From Bacillota bacterium (lineage in GTDB: Bacteria; Bacillota; UBA994; UBA5500), in assembly GCA_023622465.1 (NCBI GenBank), contig JAMNZE010000011.1, positions 1,588 through 65,587 of the forward strand: DNA of 64,000 bases, given 5' to 3'. Under the pieces are notes generated by a model. The model was not told where the DNA came from. It ran no database searches and saw only the letters and a list, made by a program, of their open reading frames with translations. Positions 1-9,143 of the stretch are shown here, one piece after another (the stretch's first letter is position 1; each line of letters opens with the position of its first letter). The position numbers and the translations under genes were made by a program.

Positions 1-659
1 TCCCTATCTCTAACAATTATTCGGCGGTGGCCCCGCAGCCCGATTAGCCCCCTGTCCTGCAATGCGGTTAGCTGACGACTGAAGGTCTCTTGGGTCATCC
101 CCAGTTGAGAGGCCAAGTCCCCCTTGGTCATGGGTAACAATATCTCATCTTTACCCTCCGAGAGCTCCAACAAAGCCTCCGCTACCCGCTTAGTGGTAGA
201 ACTCAAGCTGATGGCTTCAATGAGGCTTTCCGCTTTTTCCAGTCTACGAGATAGCTCATCCATCACCTTAAACGCAATGGGGGGATACTTGGCCATAAGT
301 GCCTTAAGACGATCACCTTGTAAAACGCACATGGTGGTTGCTTCCAGTGCTTGGGCGTTATCAGTAAGGGGTAAGGAGGAAAAGAGAGACAGTTCTCCGA
401 TAAACTCCCCTGGCCCCACCAACCGCAGCACCTGTTCTTTTCCGTTAGCATTTAAGCGAAAGAGCTTCACAAGCCCGGTGTAAACTACAAAGAGCGTTCC
501 ACTCAAATCTCCTGCCCGGTAAACAATTTCGCCCTTTGCGTAGCTGCGCGAAGATGCGATCTCTGCAATCTCTAGCCGTTCTTCCCGGCTAAGACTAGTA
601 AAGATGGGCACCTGGTCAATACAGCTGGTATGGCTCGCACAGCTGTGATTACATCTCAT
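1..659 (-). CDS. Crp/Fnr family transcriptional regulator (3' end runs off the window)
   Basis: Not in the ORF track. Manual translation from ATG at 659 gives MRCNHSCASHTSCIDQVPIF...GPGEFIGELSLF...LPMTKGDLASQLGMTQETFSRQL, i.e. a cNMP-binding fold plus Crp HTH. G-rich RBS upstream. Confidence 0.9.
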   Translation of the reverse strand, partial: MRCNHSCASHTSCIDQVPIFTSLSREERLEIAEIASSRSYAKGEIVYRAGDLSGTLFVVYTGLVKLFRLNANGKEQVLRLVGPGEFIGELSLFSSLPLTDNAQALEATTMCVLQGDRLKALMAKYPPIAFKVMDELSRRLEKAESLIEAISLSSTTKRVAEALLELSEGKDEILLPMTKGDLASQLGMTQETFSRQLTALQDRGLIGLRGHRRIIVRDR

Positions 660-854
660 CCTTATTCCCCCCATACCTGCAATACTTAACGCGTTGATTA
701 GATATTCTCGTGGCTACTCTAATATCCTTGTTTTTTAAAACAACAAGGAAGGCAAAGCAGCCTTCCCCTCCGTCCTAAGACTGTTAGCTGAATAGTCTCA
801 GGCACGGCAATCGCCTTTATGGGCGGCTCGCCCACACTGCAACAGAATACATTA

Positions 855-2096
855 TTATAATGGCAGTTTACTCAACAGTAACACCCATATGACTTTACAT
901 AGTAACCCAATAGGGTAGGTGGCACCGTAGCCGCCAGCCGCCTCATTGCAGCCGGTGGCGTCAATAGCTGCCCCCAGGCCGGGAGTCGAAGTCATAGCAC
1001 CGCAAATAGCCCCTGAGAGCAAAACCCAATTCAGCCCTAGCACGTAACGACCAAAGAGGAAGCCGACCAAGATAGACGCGGCGGTGGCCCCCATGCCTAC
1101 TATGACTAACAGAGCGTTGGGCCCGGTCATGGCTGCCACCGCTTGATGTCCATAATTAAGGCCCACATAGGCCAGAAAAAAATATAGGGCCAGCTGCTTA
1201 ACCACGTTTAAGGCGTCTTTATCTATATGAAAAACGATCGGCCCTAGACGCCCCCTACTTCCCAACAGCAGGGCGGTAACCAGAACACCACCCGTAGTGC
1301 CTAAGCTTATATGGCCTATATCGCCCAGAGGCAGGGTCAAATGCCCCACCAGCAGACCCAACAAGCAGATAGTCGCAATGCCCAACATGTCTAGCCCCTT
1401 TTTGGGCGGTAGATTTACCGCGTCTTTTTCCCCCAGCTGTTCTGTTAGCTGACTGGCCTCCTGCTTTACGTCTAAGCCAAATAGTCTTGGTAACAGTTGG
1501 ATACCGGTGATAACGGTAATCACACTAAAGGGATAGGCTACCGCATAGCCCATTCCCACGCTGGCTTGGGCCGCCTGGGCCGTGGGGGACAAAGGATTGG
1601 CAAACTGTTTGGCAGCCGTCTCCAGGGCTACCCCTAGCCCGGGCGAACTGGTAAGAGCGCCGGTGTAAACGCCGGTAATTGCCATTGGATCCAAATCATT
1701 GATCAGCTGAAAAAGCAAATAGGCGGTGCCAGCGCCCGCCGAGGTAATGACAACTGCTAAAATGAGAAATTTTATCCCATTGCCTCGAAATACTTTGGCC
1801 ACATCTCTTGCTGCCAATAGACCCACCGAGGCCACAAACAGCAAAAGCAGAAAATCAAAGTAAGCTTTATCAATCAGGCCATACTGCATTATCCGCTCTA
1901 CGTAGGCCGGAACTTTCTCAACGGCATCCAGGTAAGGATTTATAAAGCTACTATAGACAAGCCAACTCAACCCCATACCGGCAAAAAGGGTACCCGATAA
2001 GCCTAGTTTAAACTTGCCAAAGTTAAGCTTGCCTAGGTAATATCCTAAGAAGATGCTCAAACATAATAAAAAAAGAGGATTAGTGAGCAATTCCAT
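855..2096 (-). CDS. AspT/YidE/YbjL family antiporter (duplicated membrane domain)
   Basis: Two repeats carrying GALTSSPGL and GAMTSTPGL, plus GYAVAYP/GYGATYP. Start moved to MELLTNP (ATG 2096, GGAG RBS). Confidence 0.85.
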   Translation of the reverse strand: MELLTNPLFLLCLSIFLGYYLGKLNFGKFKLGLSGTLFAGMGLSWLVYSSFINPYLDAVEKVPAYVERIMQYGLIDKAYFDFLLLLFVASVGLLAARDVAKVFRGNGIKFLILAVVITSAGAGTAYLLFQLINDLDPMAITGVYTGALTSSPGLGVALETAAKQFANPLSPTAQAAQASVGMGYAVAYPFSVITVITGIQLLPRLFGLDVKQEASQLTEQLGEKDAVNLPPKKGLDMLGIATICLLGLLVGHLTLPLGDIGHISLGTTGGVLVTALLLGSRGRLGPIVFHIDKDALNVVKQLALYFFLAYVGLNYGHQAVAAMTGPNALLVIVGMGATAASILVGFLFGRYVLGLNWVLLSGAICGAMTSTPGLGAAIDATGCNEAAGGYGATYPIGLLCKVIWVLLLSKLPL

Positions 2097-2193
2097 CTGT
2101 ATCTCATCTCCCGTAATATGCTCCGCTCTCCTCTTGTAAGTATATCTGATTTTCCAGGTCGTAGTGGGTAAATGATAGTCTCTTAACAAATCG

Positions 2194-2763
2194 TTACTTA
2201 AATTCGCTAAAAAATCCGGCTGTAACCTGCCAGGTATGATGATTAATGACTGACAAATCGGGGCTACGAATGGATAACCATTCATTTCTCCCTAAGCGGC
2301 GACCGAAAAGATGGCTATAAAAAGGGATTAGAATACGGGCGTGGGAAACGATAGCGAAATTGCGATCGGTATTTTCACGAGCTAATCTTTGCACACAACG
2401 CACAATCCGCTCTTGGGCCGCGTCATAGGGCTCCAGCAGCTGGTGGCTAACCTTCCCTTCCAAATGGTCACCCACTATGTCTACTAAATGGTCCGGCTCC
2501 AGGCCGGCACTTGTTAGCCACATATCCCTTAGATCATCTACCAGATAGAGGGACAACTGCCATCTTTTGGCAATTATTTCCGCTGTTTGTACTGCTCTTA
2601 GCTCGGGACTGGAGTAGATTGCTGCCACAGAATTCCAGAAGCTAGCTTCAGCCACTGGCGTTGTTAACAAAACTCCTTCCCGCGACAATGGCAATAGCGA
2701 TGAGGGCAAAGCCGGGGCCTCCAGCCCTTTCGAGTGGTGCACTACATAAAGCTTGTTATCCAT
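2194..2763 (-). CDS. Histidine phosphatase (phosphoglycerate mutase-like) family protein, degenerate RHG motif
   Basis: YSSPELRAVQTA and IVSHA motifs present; N-terminal motif reads VVHHS instead of LxRHG. Confidence 0.75.
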   Translation of the reverse strand: MDNKLYVVHHSKGLEAPALPSSLLPLSREGVLLTTPVAEASFWNSVAAIYSSPELRAVQTAEIIAKRWQLSLYLVDDLRDMWLTSAGLEPDHLVDIVGDHLEGKVSHQLLEPYDAAQERIVRCVQRLARENTDRNFAIVSHARILIPFYSHLFGRRLGRNEWLSIRSPDLSVINHHTWQVTAGFFSEFK

Positions 2764-2876
2764 TTCGAATCCTCCGGTGCATGATTTACCAAGGGCCGTG
2801 GGGATTAAAGACTACCAAACGTAACAAGAGCCCCTGAGACTTCTACTCTAGAAATTATCCGTATCTGTGATAGCTT

Positions 2877-3593
2877 TTAAATCTCGCTCACCCGTTTAAA
2901 AGCTATACGTAACATGTTGTGCCAACCGGCCTTTACTGCATATTTGTTAGCGGCCAACTGCATCATTTCCTCTTCGCCTTTTCCTGCCCGTTTCCACTCC
3001 TGCACATCGGCTACAAAGTTCTCTAAGAACTGTCGCTGGTCCAGCAATATTTCTTTCCCGCCTACCGGCCCATGCCCAGGTATCACCGTATCCACATCCC
3101 AGGTGCTCAACTCGGTTAAGGCCGCAATCCAAGTGGGGAAATCGGCTTGCCCCATCCAGGGTGCGCGCCCGTTAAAGACCAAATCGCCCACAAGCAATAG
3201 CCGCCTCTTCGGCAAATACATGACGGCCGAACCGGGGCTGTGGCCGCCGAAAAGTTGCAGCCGGACCTCCTCACCGCAAATGTGGAGTCGCAATTGCTGG
3301 CCAAAGTAGCAGTTGGGCAAACCTTTAGTCATACCTGCCTGTAACATAGCATCTCGGGCTGCCGTCGAGCTAATAATTTGACACCTAAACAAGGCGTTGC
3401 CACCCAAATGATCAAAATGTTCATGGGTATTAAACACGAACTGCAGTTGTCGATCGCCAATCTGGTTTAGAACTTGGCGGCCCTCCTCTTCGCTGGCTTG
3501 AGTATCCACTAAAATAAGTCCCTGTTCGCCCACCTCAATCAGCGTGGAGTTGACTGTACCACTAGCACCACTATAAACCTTAAACCGCGCCAT
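2877..3593 (-). CDS. MBL-fold metallo-hydrolase
   Basis: THEHFDH, GHSPG, GDL and PGHG motifs. Confidence 0.9.
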   Translation of the reverse strand: MARFKVYSGASGTVNSTLIEVGEQGLILVDTQASEEEGRQVLNQIGDRQLQFVFNTHEHFDHLGGNALFRCQIISSTAARDAMLQAGMTKGLPNCYFGQQLRLHICGEEVRLQLFGGHSPGSAVMYLPKRRLLLVGDLVFNGRAPWMGQADFPTWIAALTELSTWDVDTVIPGHGPVGGKEILLDQRQFLENFVADVQEWKRAGKGEEEMMQLAANKYAVKAGWHNMLRIAFKRVSEI

Positions 3594-3626
3594 TATACCG
3601 CCTCCTTCCTAGCGCACTTTACTACT

Positions 3627-3654
3627 ATTCCCTCATCACCCGCCCCTTTCCTGC
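3627..3654 (-). promoter_or_regulatory. SigH-type promoter of the MBL hydrolase
   Basis: GCAGGA-18 nt-GAAT on the minus strand. Confidence 0.55.
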
Positions 3655-3664
3655 CACTTCAAAT

Positions 3665-3687
3665 AAAAAGCCGCCTCAGGCGGCTTT
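3665..3687 (-). terminator. Intrinsic terminator after the Coat F gene
   Basis: AAAGCCGCC/GGCGGCTTT stem followed by a T-run on the minus strand. Confidence 0.75.
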
Positions 3688-3689
3688 GG

Positions 3690-3965
3690 TTAACTATTCT
3701 TCTTTGAAGGCTCAAACTGCTGTAATGTTTGTTGTATTTTCTGGGGCGGAGCTGGCTCGGTCTGGTACCATCCTTTTTTTACTGCGGCATTAAACATGGC
3801 CGATTGCAGCTGGTGCTCTTCCATCAAAATATGTAACATATCACTGCGCAAACCATTATTACCAGCAGTCTCGTTACTGGCCACATTGTAAGTGTTGGTC
3901 AGCTCCTTTTGGCAAGCTAAAGCATCTTTAAGAATCAGCTCATCGGGTAAGCGGCTCTCAGGCAC
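3690..3965 (-). CDS. Coat F domain spore protein
   Basis: D.L..QK.L...YN..S.E....LR...ILMEEH.....F....KKGWY pattern. Confidence 0.8.
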   Translation of the reverse strand: MPESRLPDELILKDALACQKELTNTYNVASNETAGNNGLRSDMLHILMEEHQLQSAMFNAAVKKGWYQTEPAPPQKIQQTLQQFEPSKKNS

Positions 3966-4192
3966 TAAACTCCCTCCTTGCCTATTTCTTTAGCCTTCAG
4001 GTGCTTAAGCAGGGTATTATAATGCTCCTCATGTTTACGAGCACTGGCCTCACATAGGCGCTGCACTTCCGGGTCCGTCGCCTGCAGCGCATAGGAGCGC
4101 AGTTTAGCAATGGCCAATTGTTCATGGGCCAGCTGATCTTCAATCATGGCCAGCTCTTTGGTAGTTAGTTCTGGGCGGCCAAGCTCTGGCAT
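3965..4192 (-). CDS. Small ferritin-like spore coat-associated protein
   Basis: LTTKEL..IEDQL.HE.L...K...YA.Q.TDP pattern; abuts the Coat F gene; GGAGG RBS. Confidence 0.7.
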   Translation of the reverse strand: MPELGRPELTTKELAMIEDQLAHEQLAIAKLRSYALQATDPEVQRLCEASARKHEEHYNTLLKHLKAKEIGKEGV

Positions 4193-4265
4193 TGTTTTCC
4201 CTCCTTGTTGAAGCTCTTGCAGGCTTATTGTATCCAGGAGGAGGAACCTTTAGCCACAGACCGCT

Positions 4266-5030
4266 CTAGCTATTGAACTGATACAATAGGCGTAAACCGT
4301 ATAAAGTTAAATGGGGCTCAATCAGGTCTAGTTGATTACTTAAAGACGTAAACATGTGGGCATCCTGGCCAGTGGCAATTACTTTTGCCGGTCCAATCTC
4401 CTTCTTAATGCGCTGCAATATGCCATTTAGCAAATCCACATGGCCATAAAGAAGGCCAGCCTGTAAAGCCTGGGTAGTGGTCCGACCGATAACTTGCCCA
4501 GGAGCGGTGAAATCCACCCGTGGAATGCGGGACGCTTTGTTGACTAAGGCTTCCGAAGCTATACGAATACCCGGTGTTAACACGCCGCCTAAATATTCGC
4601 CCTTAGCCGAGACCACGTCGAAGACGGTGGCTGTGCCAAAATCAACCACAATTGTTGGCCCTTTACCATAAAGAAAATGGGCAGCAACCGAATTGGCAAT
4701 GCGGTCGCCGCTCAGATCGGTCGGTTGCTCAAAGCGGATGGGCAAGCGAGTCTTGATTCCCGGACCTACCAGGAGTGGAGCCGGCAAACTACAGGATCTA
4801 ATGGCGGCCTCAATAGTTGTCTGTAGAGTGGGCGAAGCGGTAGCGATGATAACAGCGTTAATATCCACCGGTCTGAAGCCTTTGCGCTCCATAGCCTGCT
4901 CCATTAACATTGCATATTCATCGGCAGTACGGTGCAAATCGCTGGCCAAACGCCAAGTAGCCTCCAGTTTTTCGCTCTTAAAAATTCCGAAAACTATTTG
5001 GGTGTTACCAATGTCGATAGTCAATAACAT
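4266..5030 (-). CDS. coaX: Type III pantothenate kinase
   Basis: IDIGNT, GDR, DFGTAT and ATG motifs; start moved to ATG 5030. Confidence 0.93.
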   Translation of the reverse strand: MLLTIDIGNTQIVFGIFKSEKLEATWRLASDLHRTADEYAMLMEQAMERKGFRPVDINAVIIATASPTLQTTIEAAIRSCSLPAPLLVGPGIKTRLPIRFEQPTDLSGDRIANSVAAHFLYGKGPTIVVDFGTATVFDVVSAKGEYLGGVLTPGIRIASEALVNKASRIPRVDFTAPGQVIGRTTTQALQAGLLYGHVDLLNGILQRIKKEIGPAKVIATGQDAHMFTSLSNQLDLIEPHLTLYGLRLLYQFNS

Positions 5031-5066
5031 GCCCTTCACTCCTATACACACGTTCTATTAAACATC

Positions 5067-5095
5067 TTGACGACTGCTCTACACTGTACTATAAT
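5067..5095 (+). promoter_or_regulatory. SigA promoter of tRNA-Trp
   Basis: TTGACG-17-TATAAT. Confidence 0.85.
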
Positions 5096-5109
5096 AATCA
5101 ATGTGACAC

Positions 5110-5185
5110 AGGGGTGTAGCTCAATTGGTAGAGTAGCGGTCTCCAAAACCGTCGGTTGCGGGTTCGAGTCCTGCCACCCCTGCCA
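5110..5185 (+). tRNA. tRNA-Trp (CCA)
   Basis: Cloverleaf, anticodon loop CTCCAAA, TTCGAGT T-loop, encoded CCA. Confidence 0.97.
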
Positions 5186-5196
5186 TGATAGCAAAT

Positions 5197-5233
5197 ACAA
5201 CGAGAGTCTTAGCGACTCTCGTTGTTTGTTTTT
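5197..5233 (+). terminator. Intrinsic terminator after tRNA-Trp
   Basis: ACAACGAGAGTC/GACTCTCGTTGT stem plus T-rich tail. Confidence 0.85.
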
Positions 5234-5291
5234 GTTATGGATGCGCCCAATTGGTAACTCTATAGGTAGATCAAGAAAGTGGGCTGAATCG

Positions 5292-6632
5292 ATGTTAAAT
5301 CTAGCTGATTTAAAACAACGCTTGCAAACAGAGCCGACTACAGTCCATTGGCTGCTAGAATATTTGCCGCCTGCCGACGTGGCGGACATTTTAGCTTCTC
5401 TAAGCGAACAGGATTTAAAAGCCGTCTTAGCGGTGCTGAATGTCCATAATATCGCCCTCATGCTTGAAGAATGGGATGCCCCCACTTCCTGGCGGATTCT
5501 AGCTCTATTGCCGCGGGATAAGATGACGGCAGCTATCCGCGTTATGCCCAGTGATGACCGAGCGGACCTTTTAGGCTCCATACCGGAAGAAGCCCGCGAA
5601 TCGCTGCTAAATGCTTTGGCCGCCGACGCCACTGAAGTAAGGGAACTACTGGCCTATGCGGCTGAGTCGTCGGGGGGGATTATGGCCACCGAATTGTTGG
5701 CCGTACGTCCCGAATGGACCAGCGAGGAAGCCCTGGCCATTGTTAGGCGCGATGCCCAGGAGGCGGAAACGGCCTATTATGTGTATGTCACCGATGCGCA
5801 GCAAAGACTACTGGGTGTCCTTTCGCTGCGTGAATTGGTACTGGCGTCTCCCCAGACAAAGGTGTCGACAATTATGCGCTCCAACCCGGTCACCGTGCAT
5901 GAGAACGATCATCAGGAAGTGGTGGCCGATTTGTTCCGGCGTTATCATCTGTTTGCTCTACCGGTGGTGAATGATCAGGGGATACTCAAAGGCATAGTTA
6001 CCGCCGATGACGTGCTTGATGTGGTGGACGAGGAAGCAACAGAAGATATGCAAAAGATGAGCTGGATGACGCCCAGCGAAGTTCCCTACCTGGGCACATC
6101 AGTATTGGCCTTGGCTAAACAACGGTTACCCTGGCTACTGATTTTGATGTTGTCGGCCACCTTTACCGGGCAGATCCTTAAGCACTTTGAAGGGTTATTA
6201 GCCAACTTGGTAATCCTAACCGTCTTTATTCCTATGCTCATGGACACAGCTGGCAACGCTGGTTCCCAGTCATCAACTCTTATCATTCGCGGGCTAGCAT
6301 TAGGTGAAATTGACTTAAAAGACTGGTTCCAGGTGTTATCCCGCGAACTGCTAGTCAGTCTCATAGTGGGGATAGCCCTGGCCACCGTCAACTTCTTTCG
6401 CATCCTGATTGTGGAAAAGGCACCGGGACCAATAGCACTGGTGGTTAGCCTGGCTTTGGTGGCTACCGTGATTTTGGCCAAGATCGTAGGCGGCACCCTG
6501 CCACTGGTAGCTAAGGCGCTAAAACTAGACCCGGCTATAATGGCCGGGCCCCTTATCACCACCATAGTCGATGCCTTGGCCCTATTCATCTATTTCTCTC
6601 TGGCCACTAGCCTTTTAGAGTTAACAATGTAA
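5292..6632 (+). CDS. mgtE: Magnesium transporter MgtE
   Basis: MgtE-N domain, CBS pair, and TM domain with GNAGSQ and GPLITTIVD; start moved to ATG 5292. Confidence 0.95.
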   Translation: MLNLADLKQRLQTEPTTVHWLLEYLPPADVADILASLSEQDLKAVLAVLNVHNIALMLEEWDAPTSWRILALLPRDKMTAAIRVMPSDDRADLLGSIPEEARESLLNALAADATEVRELLAYAAESSGGIMATELLAVRPEWTSEEALAIVRRDAQEAETAYYVYVTDAQQRLLGVLSLRELVLASPQTKVSTIMRSNPVTVHENDHQEVVADLFRRYHLFALPVVNDQGILKGIVTADDVLDVVDEEATEDMQKMSWMTPSEVPYLGTSVLALAKQRLPWLLILMLSATFTGQILKHFEGLLANLVILTVFIPMLMDTAGNAGSQSSTLIIRGLALGEIDLKDWFQVLSRELLVSLIVGIALATVNFFRILIVEKAPGPIALVVSLALVATVILAKIVGGTLPLVAKALKLDPAIMAGPLITTIVDALALFIYFSLATSLLELTM

Positions 6633-6730
6633 GGGCTGCCACAAAACAATGTTTGTGCAGCCCCTAAGCATGTTAGGGCCACCTAATGTATTTAGGGTAC
6701 ACGATTATCCGCCCCTACAGCAGCGTCCCT

Positions 6731-7333
6731 CTATTTCTTTTGACCTAGGCGGTTTTCTGTTCCCCGTAATAGGCGCTCTATGTTAGACCGGTGTCGCCAC
6801 AAGCCTAACAGAGCCACACTCATCGCAAAGGCGATCTCGGGAGCGGCTACCTGACGTTGGGCTATTAATACCAGCGGTAGGGACACCACCAGCAGGATTG
6901 AGCCTAAGGACACGTACCGCGTAATTGCCACAACCAGCACCGCCAAGGGCAAAAGGATTAGCAATTGCCGAGGAAAGAGCACTATACAAGCACCCAAAGT
7001 GCTGGCAATGCCTTTGCCTCCTCGCAGCCCCAAATAGGCAGAATAATTGTGGCCTAATATGGCGGCCAAGGCTGTAACCACTGTGGGCCAGGTAGCACTT
7101 CCAAAGAGACGTGCAGCCCACCAGGTTGGCACTAGCGCCTTGCTAATATCAATAAAAGCCACTAAAAGCGCTGGTCCGGCCCCCAACACCCGAAAGGCGT
7201 TGGTACCACCCACATTTCCACTACCATGCTGGGTAATATCTATGTTGGCTTTCCAGCGGCCAACAATATAGGCAGTAGGAATGCTTCCCAAAAGATATGC
7301 GACAATTATCATGAGAATGGGCTCTGCTGTCAC
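6731..7333 (-). CDS. plsY: Glycerol-3-phosphate acyltransferase
   Basis: YLLGSIP, GSGNVGGTN, GGKGIA and HRSNI motifs. Confidence 0.95.
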   Translation of the reverse strand: MTAEPILMIIVAYLLGSIPTAYIVGRWKANIDITQHGSGNVGGTNAFRVLGAGPALLVAFIDISKALVPTWWAARLFGSATWPTVVTALAAILGHNYSAYLGLRGGKGIASTLGACIVLFPRQLLILLPLAVLVVAITRYVSLGSILLVVSLPLVLIAQRQVAAPEIAFAMSVALLGLWRHRSNIERLLRGTENRLGQKK

Positions 7334-7350
7334 GACTGTCCTCCCTGAAG

Positions 7351-7698
7351 CTAACGATCTTCTTGCGAGGGGAAAATAGCTATCTTAAAGGTCACAATGA
7401 GAACAATTGCACAAAGGGCGAAAAATGGATAGATGGATAGCCTAAAGATGGATTCAAGAAAACTATAGGTGAGGGTGTTGGGTGTTAAAGATGGCTTGAT
7501 GGCCACCAACCCGATTAACACCACTAGCCAAATTAATAGATAAGCCACCATCCTTTTTGGAAAAAACCCGGTCTTAGTTATATGGGACCAAAAACCTAGT
7601 TTTTCTTTGCGATAAACGAACTTACGGTCTACCAAGTAAAAGACATATAGTAGGGCCACCCCCAGTAAAAACCCTAATACATAGTCGGTAATAGGCAT
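7351..7698 (-). CDS. Hypothetical 3-TM membrane protein
   Basis: GGAGG RBS, three hydrophobic segments, tight packing between neighbours. Confidence 0.65.
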   Translation of the reverse strand: MPITDYVLGFLLGVALLYVFYLVDRKFVYRKEKLGFWSHITKTGFFPKRMVAYLLIWLVVLIGLVAIKPSLTPNTLTYSFLESIFRLSIYPFFALCAIVLIVTFKIAIFPSQEDR

Positions 7699-7733
7699 AG
7701 TAGCTCCTCCCCCTATCCAGATCTACAAAGATA

Positions 7734-8945
7734 CTATTTTTGCAGCATCTTCTCCCTCACGTATTTTACCGCTTGTTGCAGCTGTTCGTCTACCTGGGCT
7801 TTTTCCGGTTGTTCAATAACGTAATCAGGCGTAAGACCTTTTTCATGAATATCCTGTCCCGCCGGAGTTAAATAGCGATACTGGGTAATCCAAAGACGTG
7901 AACCGTCCGTTAATGGATAAGGGACTTGTACGGTTCCCTTGCCAAAGGAAACCTCCCCCAGCAAGACGGCGCGCTTATGGTCTTGTAGAGCGCCGGCTAC
8001 TACTTCAGATGCGGATGCACTAGCACCGTTCAACAATATGGCCAAGGGGCCATCCCAAATAGTACCTCCGGTGGTTTTCAATATCTGTTCATTGCCGTAA
8101 CGATCCACCTGACGCACTATTACCTGGTCAGCCGGCAGGAAGAAATCCACAATTTCCTGAGCACTGTACAGGAGACCGCCACCGTTGGAACGCAAGTCCA
8201 AGAGAATGGCTTCCACCTGCTTTTGTTTTACAGCCTCAATAGCTTCTCTTAATTGCTCTGGGGCGGTTTCAGTAAAGCGATTCATAGCTATGATACCGAT
8301 TTCCCCATCCACCCAGTAATCAACGACAGGAAGAGTGATTATCCCCCGCCGGATGGTAATGTTCAGAGGTGCCGGTTCCCCTTCCCGCAGGATGGTGAGA
8401 GTAACCTCGGTACCGGCTTCGCCCCGAATACGGCTGTTAATTTCCATCTGGGTCAGCCCCATAATGGTTTGACCATCTACTGCAATAATCTTATCACGAA
8501 CCTTGACTCCACTGGCTTCTGCGGGCGATCCACGGAAAACGATCTCTACTTCCATTTCGCCACCTACCGGAGGTTTAGACTGAATACCTACCCCCGAATA
8601 TTTGCCCTCCAAGGTCGATTGGGTAAACTCCTTCGCTTCTTCCGCCGATTCATAGCGGGTGTATCCGCCATCCACATGGGGTAACATTCCCCGTATAGCA
8701 TCTTCCACGGCCCGTTCCGGATCTAAAGCATCGGGGTCCACATGGTGTTGCTTAACCAAGGAATATATGGCTTCTAGTTTGGCAAAAGAATTATCCACCA
8801 AATGAATCCCAAAGCGATGGGCTATGCTGCGCAGATTAGCGCCAAACAATACTCCTACAGAAAACACAACTAGCACCAACGCAATAATCCCCAAACTAGA
8901 GCGCCGTCGGCGGTAATATCTTTGTCTTACTTCCATGTGAGCCAA
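7734..8945 (-). CDS. S41 family C-terminal processing protease (PDZ), CtpA/CtpB-like
   Basis: N-terminal TM, PDZ, DLRSNGGG, SASASE (Ser) and FGKGTVQ (Lys). Confidence 0.92.
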   Translation of the reverse strand: MAHMEVRQRYYRRRRSSLGIIALVLVVFSVGVLFGANLRSIAHRFGIHLVDNSFAKLEAIYSLVKQHHVDPDALDPERAVEDAIRGMLPHVDGGYTRYESAEEAKEFTQSTLEGKYSGVGIQSKPPVGGEMEVEIVFRGSPAEASGVKVRDKIIAVDGQTIMGLTQMEINSRIRGEAGTEVTLTILREGEPAPLNITIRRGIITLPVVDYWVDGEIGIIAMNRFTETAPEQLREAIEAVKQKQVEAILLDLRSNGGGLLYSAQEIVDFFLPADQVIVRQVDRYGNEQILKTTGGTIWDGPLAILLNGASASASEVVAGALQDHKRAVLLGEVSFGKGTVQVPYPLTDGSRLWITQYRYLTPAGQDIHEKGLTPDYVIEQPEKAQVDEQLQQAVKYVREKMLQK

Positions 8946-9037
8946 CTCCCCTCATCTCAGTTTGCCGGAGCAGCTCTAAGCTCCTAGCCTTCTTTAAGAG
9001 GTATGTGTGCCCCCTACTACACATTCCTTTGCTTCAC

Positions 9038-9064
9038 ATTCTTCATAAGCCACGTTTATCCTGC
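9038..9064 (-). promoter_or_regulatory. SigH-type promoter upstream of the S41 protease
   Basis: GCAGGA-17-GAAT. Confidence 0.45.
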
Positions 9065-9091
9065 CCAACCCCGATGGCCATCATAAGTAAG

Positions 9092-9114
9092 GAAGGCCAG
9101 CTTAACTGGCCTTC
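9092..9114 (-). terminator. Terminator-like hairpin after the M42 operon
   Basis: GAAGGCCAG/CTGGCCTTC stem. Confidence 0.6.
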
Positions 9115-9143
9115 TCAGTTAATTGCTTTTGCAAGACTGCTGC

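Noticed and set aside
745..815. c-di-GMP-I riboswitch (GGCAAA...CCTAAG) on the plus strand
   Set aside because: No GAAA tetraloop stem or matching receptor half, and no plus-strand gene downstream.
5042..5632. 521-aa mgtE start at 5067 and the antisense ORF 5042-5632
   Set aside because: Both run across the tRNA-Trp gene; the real mgtE start is about 5292.
6693..6720. GTAG-type REP element (GTAGGGG..., similar start near 24780-24786)
   Set aside because: The two sites share only a few bases, palindromes are imperfect, and no RAYT/TnpA gene is present.
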